A stretch of 64,000 nucleotides of DNA from a virus, in the IMG/VR virus record IMGVR_UViG_3300012953_000015, positions 1 to 64,000 of that record, one strand, 5' to 3'. This document shows positions 1-10,700 of this stretch, in pieces. The notes under the pieces are model-generated. The model was not told where the DNA came from, made no database searches, and was given only the letters and a program-made list of their open reading frames with translations. The translations under genes were made by a program, and so were the position numbers. Every line of letters starts with the position of its first letter. The stretch's first letter is position 1.

Positions 1-1
1 A

Positions 2-1744
2 CCCCTAACTGGATCGGTTGCTACTCGAGACGGTGTTCAATATGAAATTCGCCAACATGAATACAACTCGGTAAAATTAGATAGAGACTTCATAAATAAG
101 CCAATATTACACCCAAACAACCGCGCTAAAGCTTCTTTATTTGTTGCTAGTACCGAGACGCCCGACTGGAGTCCACTAGCAGGTTTTGTACTTACCGGTT
201 CAAATATGTCAATCGACTTTACGGCAAAATATCAACAAGGAGTCTTATCTGCGGCTGATCATAGGATAGACGAAAATAATTATAAATTTAGAGTTAAACC
301 GACTGATATAAGAGGTTTTTCTAATAGTTATTCCGAAATTGCTAAAGATATTATTCGTGCAATAGACATTGCTTCCATAGAAAATCAAGAACTTGATATA
401 CACGTATATAGAGAATTTGATAGTATCGAATTTCCGATTGTACCATCTGGAGAAATATCAGGTTTAGAACTCCAAACTTTTGATTACAACGTTTCGAGTC
501 AGCTTAAGATTAAAGTAACTAAAAGACTAGACGTAAACGCTACTTCTTTTGACGCTAACTCTGCTTTTAAAGTAAGTGATGGCTTAGTTGTTATAGAACT
601 GTTTGCTAATCCCACTAGTACATCCCCAGCAAAAATTAGCTCTACTAAATATGAGTTTGGTTCTTCTTCTGGATCGCCGACTACGAATTTAATAGCTACT
701 CGAATATATGATGCATTGCAACTAGCAGTTAATAACGGCGATCTAGATATTGTGATAGTTAGCCCTGCATCTAATTCTCATATTGATTATTACTTTTTGT
801 CTCGAGACAACCATAGCACCAATTTAGAAGAAACTCAATTAATTGTAAGTGGCACCGCAGACGAGAATAATTTAGCCACCGCTAGAAATCCTGTACCTTT
901 TGAATTTTCTAATTTTCCAAATCCTGAGAAAAGACAACATATTTTTATTGACTTTAGAGAAGAAAATGATGATTTAGTCTATGTAAAACCTAACCATGAT
1001 GTAGAGATTAGAAGTTTCGGTTTAGGAGACAATGTAGAGCAATTTTCTCCTTTTAGAGATATTTCTTTCCTTTCTGGCTCAGTAACAGGAAGTTTTTCCT
1101 TCATAGATGTTTCTCCTGTTGAATACATTTCTTCTTATAATGGAGAGTTTCCTTTTAAATTAATTAATTTTCAAGCCGAACCAGGTTTTGAATATGACGG
1201 AGCGATCGAAGTTTTTCCTATAAGAGAAGAAATATTAGGAATAACTTCTGATATAAAATTTAAAGGATTTAAAGGTGCGTTGCTAGGTTCTTATGATTTT
1301 AACAAGACTAGAAATCACTCTTCTAACATAAGCTCAAAAATTAATTTTGGAGACAAGAAACAAATACCATTTTATGATGTTAATAATTCTTTAGCTAAAG
1401 AACTAGGGTTTAATGAATCAGGTGCTGAAGATATTGCAGAGTCAGAACTGATTTTTTCTAGAATTGTTTACGGAATCAATAGACCTGGTATTATTTTTAC
1501 TGATAATAGGATGATCGATCCGTTTATAGATACCGAAGAGAGAATTCTGCAATCTTTGCCTCTTTTAGGAAACAATCCAGGCGGAAAAACTGATGATTTA
1601 GTTAACGAAATTTTTAACTTAAATCCGGTAGACGATGAAAATTTAGGTGGAGAGAATTTTAGGAATGAATCTGGTATTACCTACGGAACAAAAGACCACC
1701 CGGGAACTGACTCTATTGTTTTTGGCGGTTTAAAATATGTTTGA
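2..1744 (+). CDS. Putative virion structural (tail/baseplate-region) protein, 5'-truncated by the window edge
   Basis: The frame of ORF 206..1744 stays open back to position 2 (PLTGSVATRDGVQYEIRQHEY...), so the true start lies upstream of the window. It has two 'IA..I..A...A....LDI' modules shared with neighbouring structural proteins and overlaps the next start (ATGTTTGA). Confidence 0.6.
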   Translation, partial: PLTGSVATRDGVQYEIRQHEYNSVKLDRDFINKPILHPNNRAKASLFVASTETPDWSPLAGFVLTGSNMSIDFTAKYQQGVLSAADHRIDENNYKFRVKPTDIRGFSNSYSEIAKDIIRAIDIASIENQELDIHVYREFDSIEFPIVPSGEISGLELQTFDYNVSSQLKIKVTKRLDVNATSFDANSAFKVSDGLVVIELFANPTSTSPAKISSTKYEFGSSSGSPTTNLIATRIYDALQLAVNNGDLDIVIVSPASNSHIDYYFLSRDNHSTNLEETQLIVSGTADENNLATARNPVPFEFSNFPNPEKRQHIFIDFREENDDLVYVKPNHDVEIRSFGLGDNVEQFSPFRDISFLSGSVTGSFSFIDVSPVEYISSYNGEFPFKLINFQAEPGFEYDGAIEVFPIREEILGITSDIKFKGFKGALLGSYDFNKTRNHSSNISSKINFGDKKQIPFYDVNNSLAKELGFNESGAEDIAESELIFSRIVYGINRPGIIFTDNRMIDPFIDTEERILQSLPLLGNNPGGKTDDLVNEIFNLNPVDDENLGGENFRNESGITYGTKDHPGTDSIVFGGLKYV

Positions 1745-4700
1745 TGTTAAAAAAAGAAGAATCATTCCGGATATACTTTCCGAAATAAGAACAAAAGAGG
1801 GTAGGTTAGACTTAAAAAGTGCTGTCATGGCAAACTATCGCTTTGACAATACGAAAAATACTTTGATTATTAATCGTTCGAACCACTCTTCAGGAACTTC
1901 AGATTTATATCTTTTTGATGATCTAAAAAGCAAAAGAAGTTTTTCCTTAGATAACGACAACCCTTTTACCAAGATTGGTAAAGAACAGAACTACTTTCTT
2001 CACCAGCCTGATGGTTTTAATTCTAAACTTTTATCTAGATATACCGGTAAAAGTCTATCTAACAAACACCTAAAAGGTGCTGAAGCAAAGATAGAAATAT
2101 TAAGCGGAACAAGAGCAAGCGGAGGAGGTTTACACAAAGCCTCGGTTGAAATTATTGGTTATAACCAATCTGGAAATGTTACTAAAAAATATTACTTTAT
2201 AGAAAACTCTAGTTTCGAATTTAGTGAGCCTGTTGCTAACATATCGATAAAAAAAGGAAATACTCCTAATTCTATAACGTATCTTTCAGAATCTTTCTCT
2301 CAGCGTTTGGGCTTCACAGTAAGTCTTATGAGTGGAACGCAAGGCTCTAACGATCCTAGATACAAGAACTTTTTTGTTAATCCTAATTCTCAAGTTACAG
2401 TTGCAACTGCTCGAGGTACCGGTTATGTAGGCACACATCATTCAAGCTACTCGGATGGTTATACAGTAGAAGTACCTCATCTCCCTACAGACACCGGTGC
2501 TACCCTACTAACAAGACTCTGTGGTGCTCTTACTGGAACTTGGGGTGGCCATGCATCAAATGTTACAGGATCTTTTTCTGATGCTGGTGGTGAATACTTA
2601 CTAAAGATTAAGCACAAAAAGTCAAGCTTTGAATCTAATAGCCATTCGGAAAAAAATAGGTGGGACACAGCAGTATCATCATACGGTTTAGATAATCTCT
2701 TAGTAAACCTTTCAGGCTCTTTAGCGGAAAGAAAAAGATCTCAAGATTATATTGGAACTACCCTTCAAAAAGATTCGGTAGTTTTAAGCATCTTATCTGC
2801 TTCAAACGTTTTAGATTTAGGTTACACTAGCCCGAGCTTTACAGCAGAATATGCTGGTAATTCTTGGGATTTTTATTTTGGTTATAATGATCATGACTCG
2901 AGTACCGTAGGTCCTATAATTTCTTATAATTCTGGTAGACCTAGGTTTATTCATGTCGCTCCAAACATTTATGGTTCCTTAGGTTCTACAAAATTAGAGA
3001 TGAAAACTACTCATGTTTTAAGTGCTTTTCAAGCTGCGGCAAATGCAGCGTCTAATTGGTCTGACAACTCATCCCAAGTTGTTGGAGCTGACGCTTTAGA
3101 CCTGACCGCGACGATGGCTCCGGGCGGAAAAAGCGTTATTCTCACAAAGAATAAAAAACCTGCAAACACTAAATTAACTATAACTGGTGACTTAAATCAA
3201 AATTGGGAAAACAAGACTTTATTATTGACAGGCTCTAATTTTCAAATAGTTGAATTTAATTTTACTAAATTAACTGGTTCTATTGATTTCTTGGGCAGAG
3301 CTCGCAGAGAAGCTCAATCTTCTCAGGTATTTTCAGTCGGAATTAAAAATGATAATACTGGCGTTTCTTACATTAAAGATCAGTTAATAAAAGCTATCAA
3401 CATTGCTCACCAAACTACTAATTTGAATATAACTGCATCTTCTCACACATCCAACACTCTTAAAATACAACAATTTGACACTGGAGAAAAAGGAAATACT
3501 TTAGTACAAGGATCTGTTTTTGCTAGCCCAATTGTTGCAACGAAATTAAGTAACTTTTTAAGCGGTTCTGGTGATGGAGAACTAATAATATCGGGATCAG
3601 ATATAACTGACGGAAAATTTGTGATTTCTAGTAATCAATCTAAATTTAATTTTGTTGATCAAACGGTTAGAGAAACGGGATTAGCCTTAAGGGAAGGAGA
3701 TTGGATTGGAGATTCATACTTACCAACGGGAGATTCTAGGATTGGAGGAATATCGGTCAGATACGATCTTGGCGAAAACGAGTTATATAATGTTTTTACT
3801 AATTTTTCTAAAGCTGTTAACCTAAACGAATCATCTGGTTATGTAACAGCATCAATGTCGGAATCTCAAGATAATAAGGCTAAAGTAATAGTAAATAGCG
3901 TAGTCTCTCCAGGTCGATCAATTCTAACTTTATCTCAGTCAAATCCGGGAATAGGTTCTAATACTACATTAAAAATGTCGGGATCTGTATTCTTATCCCA
4001 ACTCAGTTTAGACATTGCTATCCCAAATCTTTCTTTTACACAGTTTGAAGGAGGGATTTCCAAGCTTGGGGTAGCAACGTTAGACAACAAAAATTTAAAT
4101 CACATTGACAAAAAAACTTTTATTTTTAGAATAAAAGTTGGAACGACTCAAGGGCTTATTTTTTCTATTGCTAAACAAGATAAACCTAGATACGCTTTGT
4201 TTTCTGGTGCAGGTAGCAATGTAGATCTTATCTTTAGGGCTTACACTAGCGACCCAACTCAATATTGGCAATGTCGGATAAACACACTAGCTGGTGGGGG
4301 CACCATCAGTGAAAATCAGTGGTTAACTGTAGTTATTTCTGTAGATGAGAATACTCCAGGCTCAGGAATAGAAAATAACTACATGGCTATCTTAGATTCT
4401 ACTACAAATGGCCGTCTTCTTAATCAAAAAGGTTTTACACCAGTAAATTCTCCCTTAGGAACAGTTTCAAATTTTTCTGATACTTCTAACTACAGAATGT
4501 TTTTAGGTTTTGGAGATTCAACTTCTGCAGTCCCTTCTGACTTTTTCAATGATTCTCAACCCCAACTTGATCTAAGTGACTTTCATGATGATTTCAAGAT
4601 ATCGGAATTATCGATACTGAATATTTGTTTACCTTTAGAACTAGCAAATAAGTTTGCTGAATCTTACTACACCGGTAGGGCTAAATCGGGTTTTAGAGGT

Positions 4701-7700
4701 AAAATACCAAAAGAAGAATTAGATTTAAGCCAAAGAAAATCTTCTGCAGAAGATTCTATAGAATCAAGACCTTTTGTAGACTCAGATCAAACTTCTCCAG
4801 TTCCGGTAATTAGAGATTTAATTTACCCGAACATGCTTCCAGCTCCTGAAGTCGGTACTTTAAGCATAAAGTTTAACAGAGAGCCAACAGATGGTGAATA
4901 CTTTGTTATTAAGAAACCAGACGATTCTGAATTAGCGATAAAATTCGGCCCTCAAAACGCTTTAGATGTATCTGGAACTACAATCGTTTCTGATATTAAA
5001 GTAGCTCTTACCGGTTCAACTCATCCGGGTGGTATTCTAGTCGCTCCAGCTAACGTTGCAACTGATCACATATATGCTTGGTTTCCGCTCAATGATCAGA
5101 ATATTGTAAATCCTTATCCGGATGCATCTCGGCGGCTTAAAACCTCAAACAATAGAACTGCTGATCCAACTGGTGGAGTTCCTACCTGGGATTCCTCTAA
5201 GAATGACTTGCCTCAATCTCCAGGAGGTGCCTTTAGATCTGAGGTTAGTACTTCACGTTATTGGCTAGCGCATAATACGCACAACGTTAATGATTTTTCA
5301 TTTTTAAACAACCAATCTTTTACAATATCTTTCTGGATTAACATAGGAAATCCGAGAGATGCTAGCGAGCACAACCAACCTTATGGTGCTAACGACTACA
5401 TATACCCTATATACAAAGGAAACATTTCTCAGCTTCAAAATGTGTTTGAAAACACGTTAGTCGATTTTGAATATTTGGTCAGAATCAAGCCTAGGACGGG
5501 AGAAGTACTATTTGCTTTGTATGGAGCCGATTCTCAAGTAATCGTTGGAGGTGGACCAGCTCACACTAGCGGAGTAGTAGTACGTAGTTGGACATCAATT
5601 AATGGCGCTTCTCCTATGCAGGCTGGGTGGAATCATGTTGTAGTTACTTATGATGGCCAAAGCAGAACTTACACAAGAGAAGATAATAGCATAGGAACTC
5701 CTTTTTATGGTTACGCTCCAGACGGAGATCAAAGTAAAAGAATCGGAAAGATTTACATTAATGGCAATCAAGCTTCTAAGCATGAAACTATAACTCTTCG
5801 TCATAACACTAGCCCAAATGGAACACAGAGTTATGATAGCAATACAGATTGGCCAAATGAAGTAACTTTTCTTAATATTTCTGATAAGACAAATCATAAA
5901 CTTGCTATTGGATATGGTCCATCTTTCGCTAACCAAGGTTCTGCTGGAGACGCTAATTTTGGTTTTTATGGATGGCTATCAGATGTTGCGATATGGACCA
6001 AAGCAATTTCCCCAGCGGAAGTATTAACTCTCTATACGAAAGCAAACGCCGGATACAATAACTACTATTTAGGAGACCTATCAACATCCAGCGCTTTTAA
6101 AACTAGTCTTTCCGGAACAATTGATTATTCTGTAGATGAACGAGACAGCCTCCAGGCTTCAATACAATTCGGGGAAAATACAGTTTCTGATATAACGGGA
6201 AAAATGACTGGAGATAACACTCCTATTTTTGCAATTAACTCGCCAGGAACTGTGGTTGGTTCTGGTGGTCTAGCTGAAGGGAGCACGCTTGTACCAGTAA
6301 CTAGTGAGGTTATTCTTTCTGGAAGCGCAATGAGGTATTTTGACTTTACAACTGCTTCTCCGAAAACCGCTTTGTTTTTTGGTAAAACTTCTCATTGGCA
6401 GCCTTTATTGAATCCTGGCTCTGGTTTTGGTGCAGATCAAAACCAAGGTGAAATGACAATTATTGCTTGGGTCAATGTTGGTGAGCCTGATAGTACCACT
6501 AACCCATATCATATAGTTGATTTTTCAAAAGAGATTCAATTTGCTGTACTAGGTAACAATAAACTTTATTTGCAATTAGACATCCTAACCAACGGCGGTG
6601 GCGTTGCAGCTAAAGGATATTTTTGTCATGACATAATCAACGACAATGAGTGGTTACAAGTAGCTATTTCTTTCAAAGAAAATGATTTATATAATGCAGA
6701 TGCCCAAGTTCGATTTCCAAAGTTTTATGTCAATGGTAAAAAGTTACCAACAGTAACCGAATCACCTTCTGGCGCCATCAATGCAAATCAACAGGTTGAA
6801 CACCTTAATAACTTTGATTGTACTATTGGTAATGATATCAATTACGCTAGAAATTTCAAAGGCTCAATTGGTGATGTATATGTATTTAATCGTAGTTTAA
6901 GCCACCAACAAATCATTGATATATTCAACAACGTTAAAGAATCGTTAACAAAGCTTAAAAACGAAGAATTAGTAGAAAATTTTGTTACTTTTATTAATAA
7001 CACTAACCGGTATTCTGATAGTTTATTAATTGCTAGCAAGAATGAAACTGACCCGCATACTGCTGATTTGAAATTAGATATTGCTGGATCATCTAAATCA
7101 GGTTTTTCTTTAAACTCTACCCCGTTATCCGTAGCTAATCCGCTCTATGTTATTCTTTCTGGGAGTGGCCACCTCGAAAGTGTGTATCCAGCCCACCAGG
7201 CAGATCCTACAACACATACAATACAAATCGTATCTTCTTCTTTTAGTGATAAATTTGCTGGTTTTGCTAACGCAGATTTAGATAATTCTCCTCCTAGCAA
7301 AAGAATAATAGTTGGAGCTTTAGGTCAAAACAAAGTTAGCTCTAAGATAGCTTGTAATTTTAATAATCTAAATAATGCATATGAACTAGGAGAAATTACA
7401 AATGATGTAATAACATTGTTCCGGAATGCTAGAAATAATAACCAAGCTGCTGATATATGGGGACCTTTAGAATTACCAGAAAATATTATTGATGATGAAA
7501 TATTTAACAACTTAAACGTAAATGAAATACCTTGGCCCATAGCTGAAGTCAATCCTCCTAGGTATCCGGCAATAAGTTTTGACATCTCCGGAATAACATA
7601 TTCAGCAAGGTTTTTTAAAAGTTTCGAGGAACAACCTAAAAAGAAAAGCGATTCTAACATTTATAACATTTGTATAGATGATGTGACGAATGATGTATCG

Positions 7701-10700
7701 TTAGCGGAATCTTTAAAGAACTCTATTGACAGCTTCATTAGTAAATACCAGCTTGGTTTAAGCACAGAAATATCTGATTCTAAGATTGTTAACATTTCTG
7801 TGACAGATCCAACTATAGATACTTCAAACGTTGATTTTAAAGGATTCACTACAGCTTCTGGCTTAGGCGTGGACAATTTCGTTTTTGTAACTACTAGATT
7901 TAACCCAACGTTGAACCCAACAATCGCAGTAGATAGCGTTAGCGCTATAACTAGCGAAGACAACAATGTTATTAAACCATTTATTGATTCAGCAGATGAT
8001 AATAATCCATTTTTGCAAGAGAGAGGTTCACCTAAGAGGATTAATCAAATAAAGATAGAGATACCAATAAATCCATCTAAATCAACATCACTTGGGTACA
8101 TGACTGGATCTGGCACTTCTAATAATAATCTTGAAGGTTTTAACCATGAGCATTTCAAACCGGTAGGATATTTTAACTTTGGAAATAATACTTGGGAATC
8201 TATAACAACCGGTACTGGTCCAGGCGCCTCAGTGTCAAAAGCTTATCCTTTATCTTATACTTCTAATATCTCGTACACTGCCGGTTCTCCAGATACAGAG
8301 TCGCATTATCCAACTAGAGTTACTGGATCTATTCAGGAGTTTATTAAAGTAATGCCTTTCGCTTTCGGCCCGGGGCAAGGTTTTACTATTCAAAATAGTC
8401 TTTCTTCAGTTTCAGGCTCGACCTTAAGTAACACTTTTGACCACCCTGGTATCGGTGATCTTTATGACATAGAATTTAATGCTTACGCTAGACCTATTTC
8501 GACTTTTGGGTTTCCCTTTGATTCTAAATTTTCTCCAACCGACGATCAAAAAATAAACATGTCTGCATATTTGGAGAATGATTTCGTTTTGACCGGTTTT
8601 GAAATAGTCGTTTCTTCTTCTATAGAAGATAGTGTAACTGATGGTTTAGGTTATGATTTATCGACTGACTTCTTAGTCTCATCCGGATCTTTCGCATTTA
8701 CAACGGGATCATCATATTTGTATGGTTCTAACGTTTACTATAACCCTCGTCCTAAGTTGATCAATGAAGCTTCTGGTATGAGAAAACTAGGGCTTTCTCA
8801 CCCGGTTTATGGATTCGTAAGTGGTTCAAAAACAGATCCTGACGCTGATATGCTTTCTGAAGCTACTGGTAGTATGCTCGGTTTTTCTTTAGGTAGCCCA
8901 GGGTCTGGTAATGTGTCTGTTATAAGAGATGGTTCTAGATTTGATAGGGCCATGCCGTGGTGGAGATGCGATACTTTCTTTCTTATGAGAGAAAAACCAT
9001 TTGTTAATGAAACTATAAGCACGAATATTTTTGTAGATCAGTTAAATATGAAAATAACTGCATCGCATCCAGCTAATTCTTTGATTAACCCATACACTCA
9101 TGCTCATAGAGAAGAACACTGGTCACTTTTTAATAAAGTTCCGGATGAAGAAATTTTTGATTTTTCTAGTAACATTAATATATCGGGAGGAAAAACTCAA
9201 GAGTTAATATCATACTCTCAGGTTTCTTACTACGGTTATGTTACAAAGGAATTCCTTTCTGGCACTACTCATGCTGGTAGTACTTATCCAGCCCAAACTG
9301 AACAGCCTTTTGATTTAGAAAAACCATCAAGTCAATTCGATCAAGTTACTCTTTTTAATTTTGTTGGTTTATCTGCTGATGAGATGGCTGATTCTATAGA
9401 CTACATTACGAGTGGGTATGAACCTATAGATTATCTTGAAGGCAATAACGGCCCATCAGATTCTACTCTTAAAAAAGGCTATAGCATAGATCAACAAAAG
9501 TATGGTTCTTTCTTATACAGAGGTGGATGTCAAAAGAGCACATGGCTTGAATCAGGCTTAGGGCGAGATTTAAACATAATGATCGGGCGTGACTTTGGGA
9601 ATGAGTGGTTATCCAAAGACCAAAACACAGGCCTCGCTACGTCCGGCCGAGCTTCTCACTATAAAGCAATAGATATCAGTAAACTTTCTATTTCTTCCAT
9701 AATTTTTGTTGATACTGATTTGTACTCTACTAACAATAATTTAAGATTATCTAAATCGTTTTTCGCCGGCTATGAGTCAGAATTGGGAAATGAATCTAGA
9801 AGAATAAATAAAAATGGTAGTGCTCAGTTAATCGATGGCGCAACTGATAGAGCTGCTTTAGAAAACAATCAAAAACTCTATTCGGGTATTTTGACTTTAA
9901 GGGCACCGATAAGAGAAACACCGAATTATCAATCAAATTTTAAAGCTAGTTTGCTTCATGCAGATCAATATACGCCTAATTATGCTAGGGATAATTCTTG
10001 GCTTGTCAATATGTCGGGTTCTACCCCAAATTATATATCATTGTCAACTAACACTGGCCACAAATTTGCGAATATCCTTCCAAGCGTTTTGTATGCTAAC
10101 AACAATTCAGTTTTTAACAATGGAGGATATACTGACTCTAACCAAACTTTCTTGAGAAATTTAAAAGTCGGAACTTTTTGGACAGGAGGAAACGATCCAG
10201 ACGGTTTAGGCTCTCCTAGGAGGATAAAGCACGCTTTAGGTGGAGAACTATTTAATGCTAAAGTCTCTTATGTTGATTCTCGCATAAGCCCTGTCAATTC
10301 AGGGATAAATTATTTGACTGGAAACATATATCCGGATGCAAATGCACAAAGAAGCAAAAATCTTCTTAAGAGTCACGTTCATGAGTATAGAAAGAACTAT
10401 GACATAAAATCCAACTATATTCTAAAGAAAAATGATAACCTCATTTTAGGTTTTCAAGTTGGTCTTCCTGGATTTTCAAACTCTCACAATGGTTTAGCAA
10501 ATGTTGGTGGTGGTAATGTACCAAGTTTACTTAGGGGAGGTAGCATCCAGACACAAAGAAATCAAATTCCAACGACGAGAAAAACAAATCGTCCACCAGA
10601 TTTCTTCTACCCGCGGTGTCACCAAGCTCATTTTCACCCGTATGAAAACTCTAAGTTAGTTCTTTACGGTTACTACCTAAAAGATGAAAAACCTTTTGTC